From the NCBI GenBank assembly GCA_963730185.1, contig CAVSQW010000007.1, positions 224,001 through 288,000 of the forward strand: DNA of 64,000 nucleotides, written 5' to 3'. The notes under the pieces were generated by a model. The model made no database searches. It was not told where the DNA came from and saw only the letters and a program-made list of their open reading frames with translations. The position numbers and the translations under genes were made by a program. Origin of the DNA: an uncultured Gemmatimonadales bacterium (GTDB lineage: Bacteria; Gemmatimonadota; Gemmatimonadetes; Gemmatimonadales; GWC2-71-9). Numbering within the stretch: position 1 is the first letter of the stretch; each line of letters starts with the position of its first letter. Below are positions 43,497 through 53,729 of the stretch, piece by piece.

Positions 43497-44297
43497 TCAG
43501 TAGCCTATCGGTCCCCGTCCCTGGCCCAGGCCCGGGGCCGTCGCGATGGCGCGATGCACGAAATCGAGCGCGGTGCCCACGATCGACTCCAGCGGCGCCT
43601 CGATGCCGTGGTTCAGGGCGTGCCACCGGGCCAGGCCGGCGGCGATCGCGGCCGACAGGGTGCAGCCGGTGCCGTGCGTCGAGAGCGTCTGGATCCGGGA
43701 GTGAGAGAACCGGACCGCTTGCTCCCGGGTCACCAGGACGTCGACCAACTCGTCGCTGGCCAGGTGGCCGCCCTTGACCAGCGCGGCTCGGGCACCCGCC
43801 TCGACCAGAGCCCGGCCGGCCCGCTCCATGGCGTCGGGGTCGTTGACCGAAAATCCGACCAGGACCGAGGCTTCGTCCAGGTTCGGGGTGACCAGGGCGG
43901 CCAGCGGGACCAGACGGTCCCGAACCTGCATCTCGGCGTCGGGTTCGAGCAGGCGGTCGCCCGAGGTGGCGACCATGACCGGATCGAGCACGTAAGCGCG
44001 CCAGTGGTACCTGGCGATGGCGTCCGCGACCTGGCGGACCAGGGGGGCCGTCGCCAACATCCCGGTCTTGACCGCGTGGGGTGGCAGGTCGTCGGCGACG
44101 GCCGCGATCTGCGCCTCGACGACCTCGGCCGGGATCGGATGGACGGCCCGGACCCCGCGGGTGTTCTGGGCGGTGACGGCCACCACGGCCGAGGTGCCGT
44201 AGACCCCGAATTGGTGAAACGTCTTGAGGTCGGCCTGGATACCGGCTCCGCCGCCGGAATCCGAGCCGGCAATCGTGAGCGCGATCGGAACCATCAT
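43497..44297 (-). CDS. thiD: Hydroxymethylpyrimidine/phosphomethylpyrimidine kinase
   Basis: [41 protein letters not shown]. Confidence 0.95.
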   Translation of the reverse strand: MMVPIALTIAGSDSGGGAGIQADLKTFHQFGVYGTSAVVAVTAQNTRGVRAVHPIPAEVVEAQIAAVADDLPPHAVKTGMLATAPLVRQVADAIARYHWRAYVLDPVMVATSGDRLLEPDAEMQVRDRLVPLAALVTPNLDEASVLVGFSVNDPDAMERAGRALVEAGARAALVKGGHLASDELVDVLVTREQAVRFSHSRIQTLSTHGTGCTLSAAIAAGLARWHALNHGIEAPLESIVGTALDFVHRAIATAPGLGQGRGPIGY

Positions 44298-45060
44298 GGG
44301 CGACTCCCTCCACACGCTGATTCGGGACCTGCACCGCCGTCGCGGTCGGGAGCGGCGCGGGCTGGCGCTCGCCGAGGGCGTGCGGCTGCTCGAGGAGGCC
44401 GTCGCGGCGCGGGTGCCGTTCGAGGCCGCGGTCGTGAGCCCCGCGCTGGAAGGTACGCCGCGCGGTCGCGCCCTCAAGGCGGCGCTGGCCGAGCGGGGAG
44501 TCCGGATCGCGGAGACCACGGACCACGAGCTGGTCGACCTGGCCGCCACCGAGCACCCTCAAGGAGTGGTCGCGGTGCTCCGGCTCGAGCCGCACGAGCT
44601 CAAGGCCATCCGGATCGGTCCCCGCTCGGTCGTGCTGGTGCTCGACGCCGTGCAGGACCCCGGGAACGTGGGCACCATCGTCCGGACCGCGTTCGCGCTC
44701 GGGGCCGCCGGCGTGGTGACCCTGCCGGGCACGGCGGACCTCACCAACCCCAAGACCCTCCGGGCCACCATGGGGGCCCTGTTTCGCTTGCCGGTGGTGC
44801 CCAGTCACGACGAGGCGCTCGCGGCCTGGCTCGCGGAGCACCGGCTAACCCTGGTCGTCACCGGGGCCGGCGGCGAGCCCTTCGTCCCTGCCGCGTTGCC
44901 TCGGCCCCTGGCTATGGTGTTGGGCAACGAGGGCGCCGGCGTCCGGCCCGCCCTGGCCGGCTCCCACCGGACCGTCAGCATTCCGTTGGCGGCCGGGGCG
45001 GAGTCGTTGAACGTGGCGGTCACCGCCGGGATCCTCCTCTACGGAGTCACGCGTGAGTGA
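44296..45060 (+). CDS. TrmH/SpoU family RNA methyltransferase
   Basis: [28 protein letters not shown]. Confidence 0.92.
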   Translation: MGDSLHTLIRDLHRRRGRERRGLALAEGVRLLEEAVAARVPFEAAVVSPALEGTPRGRALKAALAERGVRIAETTDHELVDLAATEHPQGVVAVLRLEPHELKAIRIGPRSVVLVLDAVQDPGNVGTIVRTAFALGAAGVVTLPGTADLTNPKTLRATMGALFRLPVVPSHDEALAAWLAEHRLTLVVTGAGGEPFVPAALPRPLAMVLGNEGAGVRPALAGSHRTVSIPLAAGAESLNVAVTAGILLYGVTRE

Positions 45061-45826
45061 ATCGGCGACGCTGGCGCTGGTGGCGGGCCTCTTCGGGGCC
45101 GTGATCGGGAGCTTCCTCAACGTCTGCATCGTCCGGCTGCCGGCCGAGCAGTCGGTGGTGCGGCCCCGCTCCCGCTGTCCCAAGTGCGGGTCCCAGCTGG
45201 CCTGGTACGACAACGTGCCCGTCCTCTCCTGGCTGGTGCTCCGCGGCAAGTGCCGCTCCTGCGGGACGCCGATCGCGATCCTCTACCCGTTGATCGAGCT
45301 GGCCACCGCGCTCATCTGGGCCTGGATGGCCTGGCGCTTCGGGCTCACCGCCGAGGCGCTGAAGGCCGCGTTCTTCATGACGATCCTCCTCGGGATCGCG
45401 ATGACCGACGCCCGCGAGTACCTCATCCCGGACGAGTTCACCATCGGCGGCCTGGTGCTCGGCCTCTTCTTCGCCGCCTTCGCCGGCACCAGCGGGCTGC
45501 TCCACGCCGTGATCGGCGCCGCCGTGGGCTTCGGGCTGCTCTGGATCGTGGGGCAGGGCGGGACCTGGCTCTTCAAGGAAGAGGCGATGGGTGGTGGCGA
45601 CATCAAGATGATGGCCATGGTGGGGGCCTTCGTCGGCTGGCAGGGTGTGCTGCTCACCGTCTTTCTCGGCGCCCTCGCCGGGACCCTCATCTTCCTGCCC
45701 CTCACCCTGCTCGGCCGGAAGAAGCTGGTGCCGTTCGGCGTGTTTCTGTCGGCCGGCGCCGCGATCACCTTTCTCCTCGGTCCGTCGATCATGTCGTGGT
45801 ACCAGAGCTTTCTCGGGGGGGCCTGA
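45053..45826 (+). CDS. pilD: Prepilin peptidase A24
   Basis: [31 protein letters not shown]. Confidence 0.92.
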   Translation: MSESATLALVAGLFGAVIGSFLNVCIVRLPAEQSVVRPRSRCPKCGSQLAWYDNVPVLSWLVLRGKCRSCGTPIAILYPLIELATALIWAWMAWRFGLTAEALKAAFFMTILLGIAMTDAREYLIPDEFTIGGLVLGLFFAAFAGTSGLLHAVIGAAVGFGLLWIVGQGGTWLFKEEAMGGGDIKMMAMVGAFVGWQGVLLTVFLGALAGTLIFLPLTLLGRKKLVPFGVFLSAGAAITFLLGPSIMSWYQSFLGGA

Positions 45827-47019
45827 TGGGGCGCCGCCTGCTCATCGGCCTGCTGGCCCTCGTCGCCTCGGCCTGCCGGGGCGAGGAGCCCGGCCACGCT
45901 TCCGACGCGGCGCTTCAGGCCGTGGTCGACAGCCTCGTTCCCCAGGTAGAGAAGGCCTCCGGGATGACCTTCGCCAAGCCGCCCCGGTTCGCGGTGCGGA
46001 CCAAAGCGCAGGTGAGCGCCTACCTCAAAGCCAAGCTCGATCAGGAGTTCCCGGCTCAGAAGGTGGAGGGCGTCGAGGCGGCGTACCGGCTCCTCGACCT
46101 CCTGCCCGACACCCTCGACGTCCGCTCCGTCCTGCTCGGCCTCTACGCCGAACAGGTGGCGGGGTTCTACGACCCCGATTCCGTAACCCTCTACGCCGTC
46201 GAGGGCGCCGAGGGGAACCAGCTCCGGCTGGTGCTGGCCCACGAGCTCGTCCACGCGCTCCAGGACGAGCACCTGCCGCTCGCGAAGATGCTCAAGGACG
46301 TCACCAACGCCGACCGGCTGGCCGCCTCCCAAGCGGTGCTCGAGGGCGACGCGACGATCGTCATGCTCCGGGTGATCATGCCCGATCCGTCGGCGCTGCG
46401 CGATCCCAACTTCTGGCAGCTCTACCGCGACCAGATCAAGACGGCTCAGAGCTCGATGCCGGTCTTCAAGAGCGCGCCGCTGATCCTCCGGGAAGGCCTG
46501 ATCTTCCCGTACCTGGCGGGCGCCGAGTTCATGCGGTGGTGGGAAGGGCAGGGCAAGGGACCGCTGCCCACGCCGGAGGAGTTGCCTCGCTCCAGCGAGC
46601 AGATCCTCCATCCCGACCGCTACGCGGCGGGTGACGAGCCGGTGCCGGTCGCCTTCACGGACTCGGGCGGCAGCGTGCTCTACGAGGACACGATGGGCGA
46701 GCTGGAGCTCCAGGTCTGGAGCACGGCGATGCGGGGCGGCGGTGAGGTGGTGTCCACCCTCGCGAACGGTTGGGGCGGCGACCGCTTCCGGGTGTACCGC
46801 ACCCCCGACGGACCGGCCCTGGTGCTCTACACGGTCTGGGACGACTCGACCGCCGCCCGCCGCTTCGCCGGCGGCCCGGCCCAGCGCTTCCTGGACCGGC
46901 CCCGCGCGAAATACCGCACCACGGTCGACACCCTTACCCTCGACGGGCACCCCGGCGTCCGGGTGGTCCGAGCCCCGGATGGGTGGGCCCGATGGATGAG
47001 CCTCCCGACGGCGAGGTAG
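45826..47019 (+). CDS. Lipoprotein with zincin HEXXH motif
   Basis: Lipobox ASAC; VAGFYDP, LAHELVHALQD, LEGDAT, FPYLAG, SSEQILHP. Confidence 0.78.
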   Translation: MGRRLLIGLLALVASACRGEEPGHASDAALQAVVDSLVPQVEKASGMTFAKPPRFAVRTKAQVSAYLKAKLDQEFPAQKVEGVEAAYRLLDLLPDTLDVRSVLLGLYAEQVAGFYDPDSVTLYAVEGAEGNQLRLVLAHELVHALQDEHLPLAKMLKDVTNADRLAASQAVLEGDATIVMLRVIMPDPSALRDPNFWQLYRDQIKTAQSSMPVFKSAPLILREGLIFPYLAGAEFMRWWEGQGKGPLPTPEELPRSSEQILHPDRYAAGDEPVPVAFTDSGGSVLYEDTMGELELQVWSTAMRGGGEVVSTLANGWGGDRFRVYRTPDGPALVLYTVWDDSTAARRFAGGPAQRFLDRPRAKYRTTVDTLTLDGHPGVRVVRAPDGWARWMSLPTAR

Positions 47020-47198
47020 GGACTAGGGAGTAGTGAGTCGGGACTAGGGAGTGACTGGTGATTCGGGAGTAGGTTGTGAGTAGGGGGTGAGTAGGGGACA
47101 GGCCCCTACTCACGACCGCCTATTCCCTCCCTGCTCACAACTCCCAACTCCCTCCCTACTCACAACTCCCCACTCCCCACTCACAAATCACCAGTCAC
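47017..47198. repeat. Heptamer inverted repeat element, copy 3 (convergent junction)
   Basis: GTGACTGGTGATT (47051) / AATCACCAGTCAC (47186); TAGGGAG and CTCACAA units. Confidence 0.82.
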
Positions 47199-48760
47199 AA
47201 CCTCTCGATCAGCTGGCTGATCGTCCAGGTCAGGACCCCCACGAACGCGCCCAGGACCCAGCCCAGCTGCACGATCAGGTGGAGCTCGCGCTCGATCACC
47301 CGCTTGATGATGTCCTCCATCACCGAGGTGGGGAAGCCGAGGATCTTCTGCTCCACCATCTCCTGGACCTCGAGCCGGGCCACCACCGAGGGTACCTGAC
47401 CCTGGACCCAGCCCCAGGCTTGATGGCTCATCGCGTCGGTGAGCCGCGCCGCGTTCTCGTCGCCGAGCCAGCCGGCCGGCCGGCCGATCGGCCGGTCCAG
47501 GAGCTTGGTCGCCCCGCTCCGGACCGCGTTCGCGATCCAGGCCTGCCCCCGCTCGCCCGCGATCGCTTCCCGAAGGAGCGCCGCCGCCTGCTCCGGCGGG
47601 AGCGCGCTCAGGAGCTTGTCCCAGGTCAGCTCGCCGGCGGCGTCGAGCAGCCGAGCCAGGCCCTCGCGGAGGGCGGTCCGGGTGGCGTCGCTCCGGGCGG
47701 CCGACACCAGCCAGTCGCCCACCGTGCCCTCCAGCTGGGCCCGCCGCTCGGCCGAGAGCCGGCGGATTCGGGAGCCTAACGAATCGCGAAGGAGCCCGTT
47801 CAGGCCATCCCGCACCGCGCCCTCGACCCGGAGCTGCATCTCGGGGGCGCTCACGGTCGCTACCAGCCGGTCGAATCCCTCGCCCTCGAAGCCGTCCACC
47901 AGTCGGGCCAGTGCCTTGTCCGTCACCACCAGCTTGGCCAGGAGCCGCTCGTGGAAGAGCAAATCGCGGCCCGCGGTGTCGAACGCCTCGCGGAGGGCCC
48001 GCCGGATCGCCGACTTCACCACCGGGTCGGCCAGCATGTCGCCCAGCCGGTCCAGGGCGGTCGGGAGCGCGTCGGTGATCGCCTGCTCGACCGGCGCCAG
48101 CAGCCCGCTCGGGAGCCGCTCCGCCAGCGGCCGCTCGTCGGCCTCGAAGGCCCGGAGCTGTTCCGCCAGCCACCCGCGCAGGGTACGCTCGATGCCCTCG
48201 CCCTCGGTGATCGCCCGGGCCCACTCGTCCACCTGCTCGGCGATCATCGTTCGGCGGGCCGGGGTGAGCATGGCGCCCACCGGCTTGCCGGCCAGCTCGG
48301 TCTTGAGCCGGGCCGACCAGCCGGCCACCAGGGTGTCGAACTCGGGTGAGGCGGTGTACTCGACGATCCGCCGTGCCACCCGCGGGCCGAGGGAGTCGAC
48401 CGCGCCCTCGATGCTGGCCACCGCGTCCGGCCCGAGCTGGTTCCGGAGGCTCCCGTGCTCCCGGTCGAGGAGGCCCGTCATCGCCCGGCGCATGGCGTCG
48501 TCGAAGGCCTCCCGGATGGCCGGGGCGCTCAGCCGCTCGGCGATGTCGGTCGAGGTGAGGAGCTTCTCACCGACCGTCTTGCCGACGCTCTTGGCCAGCC
48601 GGGCCTTGTTCTTGGGGATCGCGCCCTGGAGCTGGAACCGGCCGATTCCCTTGGGCTCGTGAGGCCGGAACAGCATCCAGATGGCGACGATGTTGGTGAT
48701 TCCACCGGCGACGGCGCCGCCGATGATGGTGGCGACCAACGAGATCAGGGTGGTCGACAT
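47195..48760 (-). CDS. DUF445 family protein
   Basis: GGITNIVAIWMLFRP, GAIPK, C-terminal EL.LIVQLGWVLGAFVG. Confidence 0.85.
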   Translation of the reverse strand: MSTTLISLVATIIGGAVAGGITNIVAIWMLFRPHEPKGIGRFQLQGAIPKNKARLAKSVGKTVGEKLLTSTDIAERLSAPAIREAFDDAMRRAMTGLLDREHGSLRNQLGPDAVASIEGAVDSLGPRVARRIVEYTASPEFDTLVAGWSARLKTELAGKPVGAMLTPARRTMIAEQVDEWARAITEGEGIERTLRGWLAEQLRAFEADERPLAERLPSGLLAPVEQAITDALPTALDRLGDMLADPVVKSAIRRALREAFDTAGRDLLFHERLLAKLVVTDKALARLVDGFEGEGFDRLVATVSAPEMQLRVEGAVRDGLNGLLRDSLGSRIRRLSAERRAQLEGTVGDWLVSAARSDATRTALREGLARLLDAAGELTWDKLLSALPPEQAAALLREAIAGERGQAWIANAVRSGATKLLDRPIGRPAGWLGDENAARLTDAMSHQAWGWVQGQVPSVVARLEVQEMVEQKILGFPTSVMEDIIKRVIERELHLIVQLGWVLGAFVGVLTWTISQLIERL

Positions 48761-48954
48761 GGGGCACGGAACTTAGGGGACCGGAAGCCCGCGGGGGAAG
48801 CCCGGCGCGCCGGGGCGCTCGCCCCGGCCGGCCACCGCTCGCCCCGCCGGTCGCCGGCCCGGCGTGAGCGACCCTGGCTCGTCCTGGAGGGGCGGGGTAT
48901 CGTCCCAGCCATCGTACCCGAGACCCAGGGAGTCTCCGCCGTGCCCGTTCGCCG

Positions 48955-50046
48955 ATGACCTCGACCACCCCCGGATCGACCGCCCGAGCGCCGGGCCCCT
49001 GGAAGATCGCGACCATCGCCGCGCTCGGCTGGACCACGATCGGCCTCCTCGCCTCCGCCGCCGCGTACGCCAGCTGGGTGCGGGAGGAGTTGGGCGTGTC
49101 CTTCCCGGTCGCGGTGCTGCTCAATCTCCCGACCTGGCTTTTCTGGGCGGCGGTGACCCCGGCGATCGTCTGGCTGGGTCGCCGGTGGCCGCCCCGCTGG
49201 CGACTCGGCGCCATGCTTCCGCACCTGCTCGCCGTGGTGGTGCTCGCGGTCGCGCTCTCGGCCCTGGTCGCCTTCGTGAACGCCTCGGTCAATCCGTTCC
49301 GCGAGCCGGTGCGCTTCGGCCCGACCTTCATCGGGTACCTCACCAACCGCTGGCAGTACGCCCTCCTGATCTATGCCGGCACCCTGGGGACCTGGACCGC
49401 CTGGGACGCCTGGCAGCGGTTGGCTGAGCGCGAGCTCCACGCCGCCCAGCTCGAAGCCCAGCTGGCGGGCGCCCGGCTCGACGCGCTCCGCCGGCAGCTC
49501 GATCCCCACTTTCTGTTCAACACCCTCCAGACCGTCTCCGCCCTGGTCTCCGAGGATCCCCGCGCCGCCCAGCGGACCCTCGCCCTCCTCGGCGACCTGC
49601 TCCGGACCGTGCTGGAGGGCGGCGGCCGGCAGGAGATCCCCCTCGACCAGGAGCTGAGCTTCCTGGACCGCTACCTCGAGATCGAGCGGACCCGCTTTCC
49701 CGACCGCCTCCGGGTCCGCCTCGCGATTGACGACCGGGCCCGCGCGCTCCTGGTGCCGCCCTTCCTGCTCCAGCCGCTGGTCGAGAACGCCGTTCGCTAC
49801 GCGGTCGCGCCCCGGTCGGAGGAGGCGCACGTCGAAGTGGAGGTGGTGGTCGATCGGGATCGGCTCCGGCTGGCCGTCCGCGACGACGGCCCCGGGCCGG
49901 CCCCCGATGCCACCGAGGGCGTGGGCCTCCGCGCCACCCGGGCCCGGCTCGACACGCTGTACGGCGCCGACCACCGCTTCGTCCTGCGCCGCCGACCGGA
50001 GGGTGGGGCCGAGGCCCTGATCGAGCTTCCGGCGAAGGCCCCATGA
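48955..50046 (+). CDS. LytS/YehU-type sensor histidine kinase
   Basis: PHFLFNTL, YLEIERTRF, LQPLVENAVRY, GVGL; TM N-terminus. Confidence 0.9.
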   Translation: MTSTTPGSTARAPGPWKIATIAALGWTTIGLLASAAAYASWVREELGVSFPVAVLLNLPTWLFWAAVTPAIVWLGRRWPPRWRLGAMLPHLLAVVVLAVALSALVAFVNASVNPFREPVRFGPTFIGYLTNRWQYALLIYAGTLGTWTAWDAWQRLAERELHAAQLEAQLAGARLDALRRQLDPHFLFNTLQTVSALVSEDPRAAQRTLALLGDLLRTVLEGGGRQEIPLDQELSFLDRYLEIERTRFPDRLRVRLAIDDRARALLVPPFLLQPLVENAVRYAVAPRSEEAHVEVEVVVDRDRLRLAVRDDGPGPAPDATEGVGLRATRARLDTLYGADHRFVLRRRPEGGAEALIELPAKAP

Positions 50047-50807
50047 CCGGCGACCTGACCGTCCTGCTCGTTGACGACGAGCCCGTGATCCGCCGGGGAC
50101 TCCGCCGGTTGCTCGACCAGGAAGCCGGGGTGAGCGTGGTCGGCGAAGCCCGGAACGGACGCGAGGCGCTGGAGCTGGTCGATGCCCTCGATCCCGATCT
50201 TCTCTTTCTCGACGTCAGGATGCCCGAGGTGGACGGTCTCGAGGTGGCCCGGGCCCTCAGCACCGGGGGGCGGCCCGGGATCGTGTTCGTGACGGCCTAC
50301 GACCGCTACGCCGTCGCCGCGTTCGAACACCACGCCATCGATTACCTCCTCAAGCCGTTCGACGACGTCCGGGTCAGGACCGCCCTGACCCGGGCCCGCG
50401 ACCGCCTGGCCCGGCCCGGCGCGGCCGCCCTGGGAGCCCGGATGCGGAGCCTGCTCGAACAGTTGAGCGGCCCCGAACAGCGATTCGTGGTCCGGGTGGG
50501 ACGGAAGGTCCGGCTGATCGATCCCGACGACGTGGATTGGATCGAGGCGGCCGACAACTACGTCCGCCTGCATGCGGGCGAGGGGCGACACGTGGTCCGG
50601 GAGACGCTCCGGGACCTGGAGCGCCGGCTGGGCGGCGGCCGCTTCGTCCGGATCCACCGGTCGGCCATGGTCAACGTGTCACGGGTCAAGGAGCTGGTGG
50701 CCCAGCCCGGCGGCGACTACACCGTCCTCCTGACCACCGGCGATCGGCTCCGGCTGAGCCGCCGGTACCGGGAGCGGTTCGAGGCGCTGATCGGCCGGGC
50801 GCTCTGA
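50043..50807 (+). CDS. LytTR family response regulator
   Basis: LVDDE, FLDVRMP, DYLLKPF, FVRIHRS. Confidence 0.92.
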   Translation: MTGDLTVLLVDDEPVIRRGLRRLLDQEAGVSVVGEARNGREALELVDALDPDLLFLDVRMPEVDGLEVARALSTGGRPGIVFVTAYDRYAVAAFEHHAIDYLLKPFDDVRVRTALTRARDRLARPGAAALGARMRSLLEQLSGPEQRFVVRVGRKVRLIDPDDVDWIEAADNYVRLHAGEGRHVVRETLRDLERRLGGGRFVRIHRSAMVNVSRVKELVAQPGGDYTVLLTTGDRLRLSRRYRERFEALIGRAL

Positions 50808-50817
50808 CCCGGCCGGG

Positions 50818-52039
50818 TCAGGGCGCGACCAGGACCCCGACCTCCCCGCCGAAGCCGTCGTCGGCGCGGGGCAGGCCGGGCGGCACGGACCAGGCGCCGC
50901 CGTTCAGGCGCAGGTTGACCTGGTGGACCCCGGCTGGGATGGCGGTGCTCAGCGACCAGACGTCGCCCAAGGTCCGCGTCATCGGCACGGGGCGCCAATC
51001 CGTGAAGTCGCCCATGACCTCGATCGAGCTGGCCGCCGCGTTCCGGATGGTGAGCGTGGCGCGGGGACCGTTCTGCCGGGCGAGGGTGAGGGCGCCGGCC
51101 GGTGAGCCCGCCGGCTCGGTCGGCCCGGCCGCGGGACGGCGGTTCACGAGCTCGAGGCCCAGGGCCAGATAGTGGCGGTTCGGAAGGAAGAGCGCGTCGC
51201 CGGCGGGGAGGAACCCGGCGTCGAGGCGCACCACCACCCCGTCGGCCGCGGGCAGCCGGGCCCCGACCGACCAGCCCATCCCGGTCGCCGTGCCCACCGC
51301 GAAGCGACGCGCCAGCCGGGCCTCGAGCCGGAGGCTCGGACCGCTCCACCGGACCCCCAGGCTGGCGACCGTCGGCGTCACCGAGACCGAGCCGTTGCCC
51401 CCGCTGTCGGTGACGGCCGTGTCGGCAATCGGGATCAGACCCGGGCCCCCGAGGGTCGCGAGGCTGAGTGTGTCTTGGCCGGGGAGCACTGGGTTCGAGA
51501 CGGAGGCCGCGCCGGAGCGGGTCGAGACCCGGGCCGCCGAGCGTCCCAGCCGTCCCGAGATGGTGAGGGCCCCGAGCCGGAGGTCGGCCGCGGCCAGGCC
51601 GCCGAGGGCCCAGGCGAACTCGCTCCCGATGGGGCGGGCGGCCGAGAGCCCGGCCCGGAGGGTCAGCCGTCCGTCCGGCCCGCTCGATCAGGGCCCGGCC
51701 GGTGAGCTCGCCGCGGCGGAGTCCATAGCCCGGTACGTCCCAGGCCCCCGCGAGCTCCGCCACCGGCCGCCACCCGATCCGGTGCCCGCCCAGGCGGAGG
51801 TCCACGGTGCCATCCGAGCCCCAGCGGTCGCCCGGTTGGCCGAATACCGACGCGGCGCCCGAGGCGGCCAGCCCCGGTCGCGACCACCGGAGGGCGGACC
51901 CGAACGCCATGCCGCCGGGGGTCGCCGTGCCCGGATCGCCAAGGCGCGCCCCCAGGGTGAAGGTCGGTCGAACCTGGGCCGGGAGGGCCGAGGCCAGCGC
52001 GGCCAGCAGGCCGATCCCGCCCAGAGTGGCGCGCCTCAC
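50818..52039 (-). CDS. Exported beta-rich (putative outer-membrane) protein with C-terminal CBM48/AMPK-type glycogen-binding-like domain; +1 frameshift near 51678
   Basis: Signal peptide LPA-Q; frames 52039 and 51489 join as ERPDGRLTLRAG; C-terminal IEVMGDFTDW..W...GVHQ..NGGAW..DDGFGG. Confidence 0.75.
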
Positions 52040-52632
52040 GGCTCACCCCCCGGCGGGGCCAGCCGGGAGAGCTCGCCCTGGAGGGCGCCGCCGGCGGGGT
52101 CGCCGTCCAGCACCGCGCGCGCCACCCGGTCCCGGACCTGGAGCAGGTCGGCGTCGGGGAGCCCGGTGCCGAGCAGCCGGTCCAGGCCGCCCACGGCATC
52201 GGCCGGGCTCACCCCCCGCTCCACCAAGTCGGTCATCACGGTGATCGCCACGGCCACCGAGCGTCGGCCCGCTCGCTGCTTGAGCCGGGTCAGCGCGTCC
52301 GGCGGGCCGCCGGCTCGGAGCCAGAGCGCACCGACCACGATCTCCTGGTCGTCGGCGGGCGCTCCGATGGCCGACCGGGCCCGCCCCATCGCGGCGTGGA
52401 GCGACGACACGGCGGCCATGATCCGGTCCGGGGCGGCTCCCTTGGCGGCGCCCTCGAGGGCCTTCTGGACCAGCGGCTCCGTCGGCAGCCCCTCGGCGGC
52501 GGCCGAGTTCACCACGGTGGTCACCCGCCTGGCCAAATCGGGGGCGAGTCGTTCCTGGAGTCGGGCGTCCTGGGCGGAGGCCTGGCCCACGGCCAGGGTC
52601 GCCAGCAGCGCCACCAGGCAAAGTCGGATCAC
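52036..52632 (-). CDS. Exported helical hypothetical protein
   Basis: Signal peptide ASA-Q; GLPTEPLVQKALEGAAKG; GTGA overlaps at both ends. Confidence 0.75.
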   Translation of the reverse strand: MIRLCLVALLATLAVGQASAQDARLQERLAPDLARRVTTVVNSAAAEGLPTEPLVQKALEGAAKGAAPDRIMAAVSSLHAAMGRARSAIGAPADDQEIVVGALWLRAGGPPDALTRLKQRAGRRSVAVAITVMTDLVERGVSPADAVGGLDRLLGTGLPDADLLQVRDRVARAVLDGDPAGGALQGELSRLAPPGGEP

Positions 52633-53126
52633 GAGGCCGGCGCTCCGATCGCCACGACCGACGTGGGGGTGTCGAAGTCGGGATCCCGGATCTCGGGGCG
52701 GGCCGGGTCGGCGATCCAGCTGGTACCGTTGACCAGGAAGGCGTAGCGGTACACGCCGTGAGGGAGGTCGAGGGTGGCAGTCCAGCGGCCGTCGGTGCCG
52801 GCATGGAGCAGGGCGCTGTGGCTCCGGTCCCAGTCGTTGAAGTCGCCCACCAAGGCCACCGACCGGGCCTCGGGCAAGCTCAGCTCGAAGCGGACCGGCA
52901 CCGTCGTCGACTCGGAGCCGGCGGGCGCGAGGAACCGGGCGCCGAGCACCGCGAGCACCGCCGCCGCGGCCAGGCCCACCGAGGCCCAGACCAGCGTCCG
53001 GCCGCCCCGGCCCCGGGCCGCCACGGCCCTCAGCACCCGCCGGTCGAATCCCGGGGTCGGGTCCACCGGCGCCCGGCAGGTGGCGATGATCCGGTCCAGG
53101 ATCGGGTCGGTCGGCTCGAGGGTCAT
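52629..53126 (-). CDS. Single-pass membrane protein with CBM48-like domain; putative anti-sigma factor
   Basis: Short N-terminus, TM LVWASVGLAAAAVLAVLGA, then SVALVGDFNDW..W...GVYRYAFLVNG.SW.ADP. Confidence 0.8.
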   Translation of the reverse strand: MTLEPTDPILDRIIATCRAPVDPTPGFDRRVLRAVAARGRGGRTLVWASVGLAAAAVLAVLGARFLAPAGSESTTVPVRFELSLPEARSVALVGDFNDWDRSHSALLHAGTDGRWTATLDLPHGVYRYAFLVNGTSWIADPARPEIRDPDFDTPTSVVAIGAPAS

Positions 53127-53665
53127 GATTCGGCTCCGTCCAGCAGGTCTCGCAACCGCTCGCAGGCCCGGCTCACCCGCATCTTGAGGGCCGGCACGCT
53201 CGCGCCGGTGAGGTCGCGCATCTCCGCATAGCTCAGGTCGTCCCCGTGCTTGAGCAGGAACGCCTCCCGTTGCTCCGCCGGCAGCGCCGTCAGCGCCCGG
53301 TCCAGCTCCTCGCGCCAGCCAACCGCCGGCATCGTCCGATCCTCGGTCGCGACGTGGGTCTCCGCCGCGTCGTCCCACTGGGCGAACATCCGCCGGCGTC
53401 GCTCCCGCCGGCGGAAGGCCGTGCGGCAGCGGTTGACGAGGATGCGGAATACCCAGGCCGGAAACCGCTCGGGATCCGACCCGTCGAGGCCCCGGTAGGC
53501 ACGCACGAACGCATCCTGCACGGCCTCTTCGGCGTCTTCGATCGACCCCAGCATGTTGCGCGCGTACCGGAGGTAGCGTCCCTGATATCGGGCCACCAGC
53601 TGGGCGAACGCCTCGAGATCTCCGGCCCGGGTCCGCTCCACCAGGGTCGCGTCGGAAGGCTCCAC
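53123..53665 (-). CDS. ECF sigma factor (sigma70 group 4)
   Basis: DAEEAVQDAFVRAY, F.AWVFRILVNRC, LPAEQREAFLL, LSYAE; GTG start at 53665 preferred over 53692. Confidence 0.92.
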   Translation of the reverse strand: MEPSDATLVERTRAGDLEAFAQLVARYQGRYLRYARNMLGSIEDAEEAVQDAFVRAYRGLDGSDPERFPAWVFRILVNRCRTAFRRRERRRRMFAQWDDAAETHVATEDRTMPAVGWREELDRALTALPAEQREAFLLKHGDDLSYAEMRDLTGASVPALKMRVSRACERLRDLLDGAES

Positions 53666-53672
53666 TTTGAGT

Positions 53673-53700
53673 AAGACCCCGACAGATGGCACGTGGTCAC
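53673..53700 (-). promoter_or_regulatory. Candidate ECF autoregulatory promoter GTGACC-N16-GGTCTT
   Basis: -35 at 53700-53695, -10 at 53678-53673, 7 nt before GTG. Confidence 0.5.
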
Positions 53701-53729
53701 ATTGCGATTGGAGGACCGCCTGATTGACC

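Noticed and set aside
43497..44400. TPP riboswitch upstream of thiD
   Set aside because: No intergenic space and no recognisable CTGAGA-containing aptamer
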